DNA of 64,000 bases from Parvularculaceae bacterium. Its GTDB lineage: Bacteria; Pseudomonadota; Alphaproteobacteria; Caulobacterales; Parvularculaceae. Location: positions 190,194 to 254,193 of the forward strand of contig JAGRDS010000002.1 in assembly GCA_020446945.1 (NCBI GenBank). The letters run 5' to 3'. How positions within the stretch are numbered: the stretch's first letter is position 1; the number at the start of each line of letters is the position of its first letter. A model generated the notes under the pieces. It saw only the letters and a list, made by a program, of their open reading frames with translations, was not told the origin of the DNA and did no database searches. Of the stretch, positions 9,224 to 18,059 are shown in pieces. A program made the position numbers and the translations under genes.

Positions 9224-9427
9224 TCACCCGACTTTGAGGTTTGAAGCGGCGGACTTTCCGCGCTCCTCCGTCAGGTCGAACGACACCGACTGACCGTCTT
9301 TCAATTCTGTAAGTCCAGCCTTTTGAACGGCGGTGATGTGAACGAATACATCTTTCCCGCCGTCATCGGGCGTGATGAACCCATAGCCTTTAGTTGCGTT
9401 GAACCATTTCACTTTACCGCTCGCCAT
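9224..9427 (-). CDS. cspA: Cold-shock protein (CSD family)
   Basis: 67 aa: [30 protein letters not shown], with RNP1/RNP2 motifs. GGAGG lies upstream. The 136-aa track ORF is an N-terminal over-extension through a long 5' leader. Confidence 0.93.
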   Translation of the reverse strand: MASGKVKWFNATKGYGFITPDDGGKDVFVHITAVQKAGLTELKDGQSVSFDLTEERGKSAASNLKVG

Positions 9428-9637
9428 CATTCGCCTCCATGTCAGCGGCGTCATCAGTCGCGCAGGGGCCGGAGCGCGTTCCGGCGGCCAGGTCAAGAAA
9501 TCCAGATGACGTCGAATGTCGGCGCAGTCGGGAAAGTCAAGCCATTGGCGCGGCGCAAGTAAAAGCCGCCGCCAATGCCGCGTCAAGTTCATTTGCGTTT
9601 CGCCGGGCGAAGGAAAGACCGGATTGGCGCGCAAGCG

Positions 9638-10552
9638 CTAGTTTTCAACCGGCGCCGGCGAGCCGGGAGAAACGAGAGAGAGCGGTTTTTTTCCTTCATT
9701 GATTATCGAATTGTCATGCATAACGGGGCGAAGTTTCGTGTCGTTTCGCAGCAATACTCCGCCTTCGAAGCGATTTGTGATCTCATTTCCGGAAACAACG
9801 AGGCGAACCGCCTGTCCGCCGCGCGTCAGATCGTAATTGACGATCGTATAATTGTCCGCATCCGACGCCTGAATGAATTTGTTATTTCGTATCACCGCAT
9901 CGCCGCCCTTCGACAAATCGATCGCATAGCTCGATCGGCCGTGCCCGTCGTCGAAAAGGCTGTCATGGATAATCGTCTCACCGGCGAGCGATTTTACGTG
10001 ATGACCAATCCGTGTGCTGATGAAGTCGGTTCCTGAAATTTCCAGCCGCCCGGCGCTGGATGCGTAAATGGCGTGCGACTGGCCGTCGCCGAAACCATTA
10101 TCGACAAAAGCGGAGTTTAAAACCGTTATGACGCCGCGCGCGTCGCCGGTCGCAAGAACGCCGTCTTCATTGCCGACAAACCTGCAATTGACAATGTCCA
10201 GATTGCGCCCCTCATGGCGAATGCCGGCGCCGTTCCGGTCCCATGACCGGGCGCCCGAAAAGGTAATGTTTTCAACTTGCAGATCGACGCCGGAAACGGG
10301 AACGAGGATCCCTTTTTCCGTCGTTTCGGCGGAGCGAAACACGACGCCGCCGCCGGCGGCGCCGCGAATTGTCAGGCTGCGTGTTATTTTCAGATCGGTG
10401 AGATCGTAATCGCCCGCGGGAATTTCGATCACCGCGCCGGATTTCGCGCGCGCGATCTCGCGTTTCAGCCAGTCGCCGTCATTGGCCGGGGCCGCGCGCG
10501 CGCAAGAGACTGCTGCGAACGCCGCGATAGCGGGAAACAAAAATATTCTCAT
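9638..10552 (-). CDS. Secreted right-handed parallel beta-helix repeat protein (pectin-lyase fold)
   Basis: 304 aa with a signal peptide (MRIFLFPAIAAFAAVSCARA). Repeated ~22-aa G/N/D-rich beta-helix turns are present (NITFSG.., NCRFVGNEDG.., NSAFVDNG..). Its start overlaps the stop of the upstream gene (ATGA). Confidence 0.75.
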   Translation of the reverse strand: MRIFLFPAIAAFAAVSCARAAPANDGDWLKREIARAKSGAVIEIPAGDYDLTDLKITRSLTIRGAAGGGVVFRSAETTEKGILVPVSGVDLQVENITFSGARSWDRNGAGIRHEGRNLDIVNCRFVGNEDGVLATGDARGVITVLNSAFVDNGFGDGQSHAIYASSAGRLEISGTDFISTRIGHHVKSLAGETIIHDSLFDDGHGRSSYAIDLSKGGDAVIRNNKFIQASDADNYTIVNYDLTRGGQAVRLVVSGNEITNRFEGGVLLRNDTKLRPVMHDNSIINEGKKPLSLVSPGSPAPVEN

Positions 10553-11223
10553 GGCTCTCCCGTTTCATGTTGCGCCGCTGTCATGTCGGCCGCGTTTTTC
10601 AGGGCCGGCGTCAATTGCGCCGGCGGCATGGCCCCTGAAAACCCGGTCCGTTCGTTGACGATAAATGTCGGAACGCCCGTAACGCCGGCGCGGCGGAACG
10701 CATCGCATTCCGTTTCAACGCGCGCGGCGTCTTCGCGCGAGGCGAGGGCGGCGGCGGCGTCCGCGCCGGCGACGCCCGCATGCTCTGCGATACCGATCAG
10801 CACGGCGCTGTCGCCGATATTTTTCAACTCGTCCCAGAACGCCCGATAGACGCCGAGCGTCACGGCCTCCTGGGCGCCGGAAAAATGCGCGAGGCGGATA
10901 ATCTGGTGCGCCTTGACGGTGTTGGGCAAAAGCGGCTGCGCTGCGGGATCGAATTCGAAACCGGCCGCGCGCGCATTTTCGGCGATCGCCGCGCGCGCCG
11001 CCGCCAGCGCATCGGCGTCGGAAAATTTCTTTCGGTAATATTCTGCGCGGTCGACGCCGGCGGCCGGCAGGCCCGGATTCAACTGATAGGGGCGGAAACG
11101 CGGAATAATGTCGAATTCGTCTTTCAGCGCGTCGCGGCTTTTCAGGAACGATCTGACGCCGACATAGCACCACGGGCATACGATGTCGGTAACGATGTCG
11201 ACGGTCACGCGCTGTCTCGTCAT
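10549..11223 (-). CDS. DsbA-family oxidoreductase / 2-hydroxychromene-2-carboxylate isomerase-like protein
   Basis: 224 aa with an N-terminal thioredoxin-fold motif DIVCPWCY and no signal peptide. Confidence 0.8.
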   Translation of the reverse strand: MTRQRVTVDIVTDIVCPWCYVGVRSFLKSRDALKDEFDIIPRFRPYQLNPGLPAAGVDRAEYYRKKFSDADALAAARAAIAENARAAGFEFDPAAQPLLPNTVKAHQIIRLAHFSGAQEAVTLGVYRAFWDELKNIGDSAVLIGIAEHAGVAGADAAAALASREDAARVETECDAFRRAGVTGVPTFIVNERTGFSGAMPPAQLTPALKNAADMTAAQHETGEP

Positions 11224-11975
11224 CGGCCAAATCCCGTCAATCTTTCGGCGGTGTCGTCGATTTCGGGAAAGTCGAGTTCGACCTCGCTCGCCAGCGCATC
11301 CTCGATCGGGCGCAATTCTTCGTGGAGCGCGTATAATTTCTTATAGGCGCCGACCGCGCCGCGGCTCGCCGCGGCGATCGCGCCGGCGCAGGTTTCGACA
11401 TGCGCATCGAGTACGGCCTTGTCGGGAAGCGCGTCATTGGCGAGGCCCCAGCGCGCCGCGTCTTCGCCCGAAAAGGTTCGCGCAGTGTAGGAAAGCTCGC
11501 GCGCGCGGCGCACGCCGACGGCGCGCGCCAGATTCTGGCTCATGCCCCAGGTCGGTCTGAGGCCCCATTTGGCGTGCGTATCGCCGAATTTCGCGTCCGC
11601 CGTCGTGAAGATGAAATCGCAATGGAGCGCGAGTTCGAGCGCGCCGGTGAAACAAAACCCATGCACTTTCGCAATCACCGGCTTGAGGCAGCGCCGAATC
11701 GCCGCAGCGGCCTGAAACGCTTCGCCGTCGAATTCGGAGCTGATTCTACCCGCGACCGGCGCGGCTCCCTTAAGAAGCTTCAGATCGACGCCGGCCGAAA
11801 AGGCGCGGCCCGCGCCGGCGAGGACGATTGCGCCGACGCGCCGATCGCCGCCCGCCTGGCGCAACGCCCCGGTCAATTCCCGTAACAAAGCGGGGTTGAA
11901 GGCGTTCAGCGCCTCCGGACGATTGAAAGAAAGCGTGCGAATGCCGTTCGTGTCGGATTGCAAAATGAAACTCAT
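11220..11975 (-). CDS. Enoyl-CoA hydratase/isomerase (crotonase) family protein
   Basis: 251 aa with crotonase signatures (RPEALNAF..., LAGAGRAFSAGVDL, VHGFCFTGALELAL). It overlaps the downstream gene by 4 nt. Confidence 0.88.
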   Translation of the reverse strand: MSFILQSDTNGIRTLSFNRPEALNAFNPALLRELTGALRQAGGDRRVGAIVLAGAGRAFSAGVDLKLLKGAAPVAGRISSEFDGEAFQAAAAIRRCLKPVIAKVHGFCFTGALELALHCDFIFTTADAKFGDTHAKWGLRPTWGMSQNLARAVGVRRARELSYTARTFSGEDAARWGLANDALPDKAVLDAHVETCAGAIAAASRGAVGAYKKLYALHEELRPIEDALASEVELDFPEIDDTAERLTGFGR

Positions 11976-12232
11976 GGCATTTTCCGCCTTTCGCGCGATA
12001 TTCCTGCGCCATCCGCATTCGCCCTGATGCTAATGGCGGCCGCGCGCAAATCAAATGACGGCGCGCACCGTCCCGCGAATGACCGGCGCCCTTGGACTCT
12101 GCGCGCCGATGTCCTAAACGCGGCGTCGATCGGGGCGCGCCGGGCACGCGGTTTGCACGTGTCGCACCCGGAGGAAGTTAACGGTAAACGGCTGGCGCGA
12201 CACGCGCCGCGATTCGGGACAGGAAATACGCC

Positions 12233-14938
12233 ATGGCGGCCGGTCAAAGCGCATCGACGAAGTGGGTTTATTCTTTCGGCGCGGGAAATTCCGAAGGCGA
12301 AGCCTCGATGCGGAACCTTCTCGGCGGCAAGGGCGCCAACCTCGCCGAGATGTCCAATCTCGGCCTGCCGGTTCCGCCGGGCTTCACGATCACGACGGAA
12401 GTCTGCACCGCCTATTACGCGAATAATCGTCAGTTTCCAGACGGGCTCAAGGCGCAGGCCGACGCCGCGCTCGATGCGGTCGGACGCGCCGTCGGCAAGG
12501 CGTTCGGCGATACCAAAAACCCGCTTCTCGTTTCGGTTCGCTCCGGCGCGCGCGCGTCTATGCCGGGCATGATGGATACGGTCCTTAATCTCGGCCTCAA
12601 CGATGCGACGGTCGAAGGTCTCGCCGCGCTGTCGGGCGACAAGCGTTTCGCCTATGACAGTTATCGGCGCTTCATCCAGATGTATTCGAATGTCGTGCTT
12701 GAGGTCGATCACCACGCATTCGAGGAGATTCTCGAAACCTACAAGGAAGAGCGCGATTTCTTCCTCGATACGGAATTGAAAGCCGCCGACTGGAAGGCGA
12801 TCGTCGCGCTTTACAAGGCGGCGGTGAAGAACGCGCTCGGCCGCGACTTCCCACAGGATCCAAAAGAACAATTGTGGGGCGCGATCAGCGCCGTTTTCGG
12901 CTCCTGGCGAAATGACCGCGCCGAGGTTTATCGACGCCTGCATTCGATTCCCGAAAGCTGGGGCACCGCTGTCAATGTGCAGGCGATGGTTTTCGGCAAT
13001 ATGGGCGAAACCTCTGCGACCGGCGTCGCGTTCACGCGCGATCCCTCGACGGGGGAGAATTACCGCTATGGCGAATTCCTGATCAATGCGCAGGGCGAGG
13101 ATGTCGTCGCCGGCATCAGAACGCCGCAGACGCTGACCCGGCGCGCGCGCGAAGCGATGGGCGAGAGCGAACCGTCGATGGAAGAGGCGATGCCGGAAGC
13201 GTTCGCCAGCCTTTCGAAAATTTTCGAAACGCTCGAAAACCATTATCGCGATATGCAGGACATTGAATTCACGGTGCAGGAAGGCGTGCTGTGGATGCTC
13301 CAGACGCGCAACGGAAAACGCACCGCCAAGGCGGCGTTGAAAATCGCCGTCGATCTTTGCCGCGAAGGTCTGATCAGCGAGGGCGAAGCGGTGATGCGCA
13401 TCGACCCGTATTCGCTTGACCAGCTTCTTCATCCAACGCTCGACCCGGATGCGCCGCGCGATCTCATCCTGTCCGGCCTGCCGGCCTCGCCGGGCGCCGC
13501 TTCGGGCGAAGTCGTCTTTTCCGCCGATGAGGCCGAACGCCTCGCGCAGGAGGGGCGCAAGGTCATTCTCGTGCGCGTCGAAACGAGCCCCGAGGACATT
13601 CACGGCATGCACGCCGCTGTTGCGATCGTCACGGCGCGCGGCGGCATGACGAGCCACGCCGCCGTCGTCGCGCGCGGCATGGGCCGGCCCTGCGTCTGCG
13701 GCGCGGGCGATCTCAAGATCGATAACGCGGCGCAATCCTTCACCGTCGCCGGCCGCAAGGTCGAAAAAGGCGAGACGATCACGGTCGATGGCGCCGCCGG
13801 CAAGGTTTTCGCCGGCGCCGTGGCGACGATAGACCCTGAGCTTTCCGGCGATTTCGCAACCTTGATGGGCTGGGCCGACGGCGCGCGCCGCATGCGCGTG
13901 CGCGCCAACGCGGAAACGCCGAACGATGCGCGCGTCGCCCGCAATTTCGGCGCTGAAGGCATCGGCCTTTGCCGCACGGAACACATGTTTTTCGACGCCG
14001 ACCGCATTATCGCGGTTCGCGAAATGATTCTCGCGGAAGATAAAACGGGCCGGCAGGGCGCGCTTGCGAAATTGCTGCCGATGCAGCGTTCGGATTTCGA
14101 AGAGCTTTTCCGCGTCATGAAGGGCCTTCCCGTCACGATCCGTCTTCTCGATCCGCCGCTGCATGAGTTCCTGCCGCATTCGGACGACGAAATAGAAGAG
14201 GTCGCGAAGGTTTCCGGCATGGATGCGGGCAAGCTGAAAGATCGCGCGCACAAGCTGCATGAGTTTAATCCGATGCTCGGCCATCGCGGTTGCCGCCTCG
14301 GTGTTTCCTATCCGGAAATCTATGAGATGCAGACGCGCGCGATTATCGAGGCTGCGCTTAATGTCGGCAAGGAAACGGGCGATCATGTCGAGCCGGAAAT
14401 CATGGTGCCGCTCGTCGCCGACGTGAAGGAGCTCGCGATGATGAAGGCGCGTATCGACGCTGTCGCCGGCGCGGTGTTCGACGAACGCGGCGAAACGCTC
14501 ACCTATCTCGTCGGCACGATGATCGAGCTTCCGCGCGCCGCGCTCACAGCCGATCGGATCGCGGAACACGCCGAATTCTTCTCCTTCGGCACCAATGACC
14601 TGACGCAGACGACGTTCGGCCTTTCGCGCGACGATTCGGCTTCCTTCCTGCCCGACTATCTGCGCGCCGGAATTTTCGAAAAGGATCCGTTCGTCACCCT
14701 CGATCAGTCCGGCGTCGGCGCGCTCGTGCGGATCGCCGCCGAAAAAGGGCGCGCCGCGCGTCCCAAAATGAAACTCGGCGTCTGCGGCGAACATGGCGGC
14801 GATCCCGCCTCGATCGAATTTGTCGACGCCGTCGGTCTCGATTATGTGAGCTGCTCGCCGTTCCGCACGCCGATCGCGCGTCTCGCCGCAGCCCAGGCCT
14901 CGCTCGCCGCAACGCAAAAAAAGACCAGCCTTCATTGA
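12233..14938 (+). CDS. ppdK: Pyruvate, phosphate dikinase
   Basis: 901 aa. It has KWVYSFG...GGKGANLAEM at the N-terminus, the phosphohistidine region GGMTSHAAVVARGMG, and a PEP-utilising C-terminal domain (FFSFGTNDLTQ). Confidence 0.96.
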   Translation: MAAGQSASTKWVYSFGAGNSEGEASMRNLLGGKGANLAEMSNLGLPVPPGFTITTEVCTAYYANNRQFPDGLKAQADAALDAVGRAVGKAFGDTKNPLLVSVRSGARASMPGMMDTVLNLGLNDATVEGLAALSGDKRFAYDSYRRFIQMYSNVVLEVDHHAFEEILETYKEERDFFLDTELKAADWKAIVALYKAAVKNALGRDFPQDPKEQLWGAISAVFGSWRNDRAEVYRRLHSIPESWGTAVNVQAMVFGNMGETSATGVAFTRDPSTGENYRYGEFLINAQGEDVVAGIRTPQTLTRRAREAMGESEPSMEEAMPEAFASLSKIFETLENHYRDMQDIEFTVQEGVLWMLQTRNGKRTAKAALKIAVDLCREGLISEGEAVMRIDPYSLDQLLHPTLDPDAPRDLILSGLPASPGAASGEVVFSADEAERLAQEGRKVILVRVETSPEDIHGMHAAVAIVTARGGMTSHAAVVARGMGRPCVCGAGDLKIDNAAQSFTVAGRKVEKGETITVDGAAGKVFAGAVATIDPELSGDFATLMGWADGARRMRVRANAETPNDARVARNFGAEGIGLCRTEHMFFDADRIIAVREMILAEDKTGRQGALAKLLPMQRSDFEELFRVMKGLPVTIRLLDPPLHEFLPHSDDEIEEVAKVSGMDAGKLKDRAHKLHEFNPMLGHRGCRLGVSYPEIYEMQTRAIIEAALNVGKETGDHVEPEIMVPLVADVKELAMMKARIDAVAGAVFDERGETLTYLVGTMIELPRAALTADRIAEHAEFFSFGTNDLTQTTFGLSRDDSASFLPDYLRAGIFEKDPFVTLDQSGVGALVRIAAEKGRAARPKMKLGVCGEHGGDPASIEFVDAVGLDYVSCSPFRTPIARLAAAQASLAATQKKTSLH

Positions 14939-15089
14939 GGAAAATCAATCGGTTGTAAGGTTAAGAAAACCTGAATGACCGACAAATTCTCTTTAGAAAA
15001 CATACAGTTAACTTGCCTCAACCTTAACGCGAAAACGCGCATTTTTAATTTGCGCCGCCCCCGCGCGGGCGCCATATTGGAGGGCGAAG

Positions 15090-15115
15090 GACGCGCCGCG
15101 GGGCGCGTCTTTTGC
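15090..15115 (+). terminator. Rho-independent terminator: GACGCGCC-GCGG-GGCGCGTC followed by TTTTGC
   Basis: An 8-bp stem and T-run were read from the sequence. It lies ~150 nt downstream of the ppdK stop. Confidence 0.65.
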
Positions 15116-15303
15116 TTCGACGGAGTCGTTTGCTTCGGCGGCGTCGAATGACACGATCGGCCTTTCGAAGAGCCGGTTACGAGAGCGCAGAGAATACGGC
15201 TGATGTCCGGCCGGAGGACGCCGAGGGGTTTTGGCGGGTCGGACGCGGATCTGGATTTGAACGGGCCTGTCACGAGGACAGGCGTAACAGGGACGAACGG
15301 TTG

Positions 15304-16122
15304 ATGACTGGATCTCCAGTCCATAAGCGCGCACGATGCGCGGGCGACAGGCGCCAGTCCGGCGACCTCCATTGGCCGGAGGTCAGCTGGACGGTCAGGA
15401 GCCTTCTCGCCGGCGCCGGCGTCGCCGCCTGCATCATGATGACGGCGATGAGCGCCACAGCCTCGGTCAAGCGCAGCGCGGCCGAGCGCGCCGCCGCGCG
15501 TGAAGTCGCCGATGAAGCGCAGCTCGTCACCGAATACGCGCAATATCTGACGGAACAGACGACGCGCGCGCGCGCGGTTCTGTCGACGCCGCGTTTGAAA
15601 CCCGCCGTCACCCCGGCGATGATCGCGGCGGAAGGCGCGCCGATCGGCGATCTCGTCGATTTCGATTTCTCCAATATTGAAATCGCCCGCCTCGACGAAG
15701 AAGAACGCACCTGCCTCGCGCAGGCGATCTATTACGAGGCGCGCAGCGAAAGCCGCGTCGGCCGGCTCGCCGTCGCCGACGTTGTGCTCAACCGCGTCTC
15801 CAGCCCCGTTTATCCGGATACGATTTGCGAAGTCGTCTTCCAGGGATCGGAACGCAAGACGGGATGCCAGTTTTCGTTCACCTGCGACGGGTCGATGAAG
15901 GCGCGGCTCAACAAGCGCATGTGGAGCGAATCCGAAATGCTCGCCGGCGCGGTTCTCGCCGGCATCAGAAAGCCCGTCAGCCGCTATGCGACGCATTATC
16001 ACGCCGATTATGTTTCGCCGCCCTGGGCCGATACGCTGACGCCGACCGCAGTTATCGGCACGCACAAATTCTATCGTTTCCCGAGCCGCACGATCGTCGC
16101 CGCGGCGCCGGCGGCGATGTAA
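15304..16122 (+). CDS. Cell-wall hydrolase, SleB/Hydrolase_2 family (start uncertain)
   Basis: The C-terminal domain reads CLAQAIYYEARSESRVGRLAVADVVLNRV...YATHYHADYVSPPWA. A hydrophobic anchor (LLAGAGVAACIMMTAMSATA) precedes it. The track ORF begins at 15112. ATG 15304 is chosen as the first ATG before the anchor. Confidence 0.8.
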   Translation: MTGSPVHKRARCAGDRRQSGDLHWPEVSWTVRSLLAGAGVAACIMMTAMSATASVKRSAAERAAAREVADEAQLVTEYAQYLTEQTTRARAVLSTPRLKPAVTPAMIAAEGAPIGDLVDFDFSNIEIARLDEEERTCLAQAIYYEARSESRVGRLAVADVVLNRVSSPVYPDTICEVVFQGSERKTGCQFSFTCDGSMKARLNKRMWSESEMLAGAVLAGIRKPVSRYATHYHADYVSPPWADTLTPTAVIGTHKFYRFPSRTIVAAAPAAM

Positions 16123-16584
16123 TCCCTCCAGATTGCGACATGGCGCGACGCCCGCGCGCCCATTCAAGGCTATCGTCCGCACGCGGAATATTGGCGCGCG
16201 CGGACAAAGCGCGGCGGTCGCGTTCGACGGTTCACTCATGCGCATCCTCCTTTCCTTCGGGCCATGCCTCGCGCGCTTCCGGCCTGCTTTGACGCGCGCT
16301 TCATCACCGGGCCATAATAGGGCCACGGCGCAGGTGTTGGATAAGTAGGGGGATAAGTTTGACCGCAAACGTCAAGTCATTGATTTGTCAGCGAAAATAA
16401 GTCGCCCCCCGGTTGCGTCGCACAACCTGCGCGCGCGTGCTGCGGCCGTCTGCGGCGGCGCGCCAGCCGGACGAGAGGAGCCGGACCCAATGACGAAACC
16501 GCCAATTGACGCCGGCGCATTCGGCGATTTGATTTCAGCGCGCGCCCGGCCGTTCCATCGTTCGTTTCCGGGCGGGGCGAGGCG

Positions 16585-16977
16585 ATGACCAGAAGCTGGA
16601 AAAAGGGCGGGTGCCATTGCGGCGCGGTTCGCTGGGAAGCGGAAACGGCCGACGATATCGTCGCCGACGCCTGCAATTGTTCAATCTGTTCGATGACGGG
16701 TTTCGTTCACGTCATCGTGCCGCAATCGCGCTTCCGCCTGCTCGAAGGCGATGACGCGATTTCGACTTACACGTTCAATACCGGCGTCGCGAAACATTTT
16801 TTTTGCAAGCATTGCGGCGTCAAATCCTATTACGCGCCGCGCTCCAACCCGGACGGATACTCGCTCAATCTCAATTGCATGGACAGGGCGCAGTTTTCCT
16901 CGATTGAGATCCGCCCGTTCGACGGTCGGAACTGGGAAAAGAACGCCGGCGCGCTGGCGCATCTGTCGAAGGAGTGA
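16585..16977 (+). CDS. GFA-family (glutathione-dependent formaldehyde-activating / CENP-V-like) zinc protein
   Basis: 130 aa with Cys motifs GGCHCGAV, CNCSIC and CKHCG. Confidence 0.85.
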   Translation: MTRSWKKGGCHCGAVRWEAETADDIVADACNCSICSMTGFVHVIVPQSRFRLLEGDDAISTYTFNTGVAKHFFCKHCGVKSYYAPRSNPDGYSLNLNCMDRAQFSSIEIRPFDGRNWEKNAGALAHLSKE

Positions 16978-17038
16978 CGGCGAGCCCGTTTCAGCCGATT
17001 GCCGATCGCCGTGCGCGAAACAAAAGGAGGCCCTGGTC

Positions 17039-17551
17039 ATGATTTCTCGTTTGCTTATCGGTCTTTCAGCGTTGTTGTGCGTTTCGTGCAGCGCCTCGGA
17101 TGAGCCGTCTGCGGAAACGCTGGTCCGCGATTTGATGGATGTCTGGAGAACGGGCGATACGGAACGTCTGGCGTCGATCCTCGCAGAAGATGTCGTCTAT
17201 GATGACGCGCCGAACAATCGCGCGCACCATGGCGTCGTAGAAAGCGCGGCCTATGTGCGCCACGTCCACACTTGGGCGTCGGAGGTGAAAATCGAAATTG
17301 TAAACGTGCGCGCCGGAAAAGGCGCCGCGCTAGCCGAGTGGCGCATGAGCGCAGTGCAATCGGCGCCGATTGCGGGCCGGATTCCGGTCGCGACGATGAA
17401 CCCGGTCGTTATCCGCGGCGTCACGATCGTTGAAACTGAAAACGGCAGGATCACCCGCGCGGCCGACTATCTCGACGCGCTCGGCTTTGTCCTGCAGCTT
17501 GGCGCCGGCGTCGATTTGCCCGGCGGCGTTCGGATCGGTCCCGCGCTTTAG
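17039..17551 (+). CDS. SnoaL-like (NTF2 fold) probable lipoprotein
   Basis: The in-frame ATG at 17039 follows AAAAGGAGG. The signal reads MISRLLIGLSALLCVSC|SAS. The body resembles SnoaL/polyketide-cyclase-like proteins (WRTGD...VYDD...). Confidence 0.65.
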   Translation: MISRLLIGLSALLCVSCSASDEPSAETLVRDLMDVWRTGDTERLASILAEDVVYDDAPNNRAHHGVVESAAYVRHVHTWASEVKIEIVNVRAGKGAALAEWRMSAVQSAPIAGRIPVATMNPVVIRGVTIVETENGRITRAADYLDALGFVLQLGAGVDLPGGVRIGPAL

Positions 17552-18045
17552 CGCAATTCAGTCTTCCAGTCATCGGTGTCATGGTCCGGATGCTGCCGGT
17601 TCGAACGCGCAATGGATGACGCCCAGTCGGCGTTTTCGCCCGCGCCGGTTTCGCCCTCATCGGGCAGCGAAGGCAGCGACGCGAACCAGCAAAGGCGCGA
17701 TTCAAGGCCCATCTGGATTTTAGGCGCGAAATTTTCCGGCTCATCGAGCGAACCGATCGTCAGGTTGATGCGGTCATTGTCGAGCGAGGAATAATAAAGC
17801 GGCGTGCCGCAGGCGGCGCAAAAGCCGCGCATTGCATGGGCCGAGCTTTGAAACTCGGCCGGCGCGCCGCGCGTCCATCTGAGCGCGGTTTTCGGCGCCG
17901 CGACCAGCGCCGCGAAAATGTTGCCGACGGCCTTCTGGCACATGCGGCAATGGCAGATATGTGAATTGTCGAACATTTCATCGGCGTGATAGCGCACAGC
18001 GCCGCACTGGCATCCGCCGCTGACGGAAATCTTGTGTTTTTTCAC
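17548..18045 (-). CDS. GFA-family zinc protein (second paralogue)
   Basis: 165 aa with Cys motifs GGCQCGAV, CHCRMC and CAACG. It converges on, and overlaps by 4 nt, the SnoaL-like gene. Confidence 0.85.
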   Translation of the reverse strand: MKKHKISVSGGCQCGAVRYHADEMFDNSHICHCRMCQKAVGNIFAALVAAPKTALRWTRGAPAEFQSSAHAMRGFCAACGTPLYYSSLDNDRINLTIGSLDEPENFAPKIQMGLESRLCWFASLPSLPDEGETGAGENADWASSIARSNRQHPDHDTDDWKTELR

Positions 18046-18059
18046 CTGGGCCGCTTTCC

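Noticed and set aside
9428-9634. N-terminal extension of cspA to a 136-aa ORF. Similar over-extended track ORFs occur at flgI (31137), fliX (30713), the TonB receptor (7016), hppD (45932), the SnoaL-like gene (16751), moxR (58061), the VWA membrane gene (53435) and the NUDIX gene (60706).
   Set aside because: The extensions lack family sequence, run through promoters or neighbouring genes, and are Arg/Pro-rich. Internal starts with SD sequences, signal peptides or start/stop overlaps fit better.
11972-14935. A 987-aa ORF antisense to ppdK. Similar long antisense ORFs occur at:
- 5100-6383 (opposite paaH);
- 14932-16368 (opposite the SleB-like gene);
- 21866-22966 (opposite the amidohydrolase);
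- 40530-41483 and 41309-42340 (opposite scoAB);
- 42533-43627 (the same strand as the MFS gene, in an alternative frame);
- 58424-59671 (opposite sppA);
- 62338-63846 (opposite tadG).
   Set aside because: These are shadow ORFs, typical of high-GC DNA. Their translations are Arg/Ala/Gly/Pro-rich low-complexity strings with no recognisable motifs. The overlapping annotated frame (opposite-strand in all but the MFS case) carries unmistakable family signatures in every case.
14975-15151. A 58-codon ORF in the AT-rich region after ppdK (MTDKFSLENIQLTCLNLNAK...).
   Set aside because: There is no SD. Codon usage is wholly atypical for this genome in its first half. It runs through the ppdK terminator hairpin.
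16490-16588. A 32-codon ORF (MTKPPIDAGAFGDLISARARPFHRSFPGGARR) with SD GAGAGGAG and an ATGA overlap with the GFA gene start.
   Set aside because: It could be a coupling leader peptide. Composition is unremarkable and there are no motifs. I cannot distinguish it from chance without conservation data.
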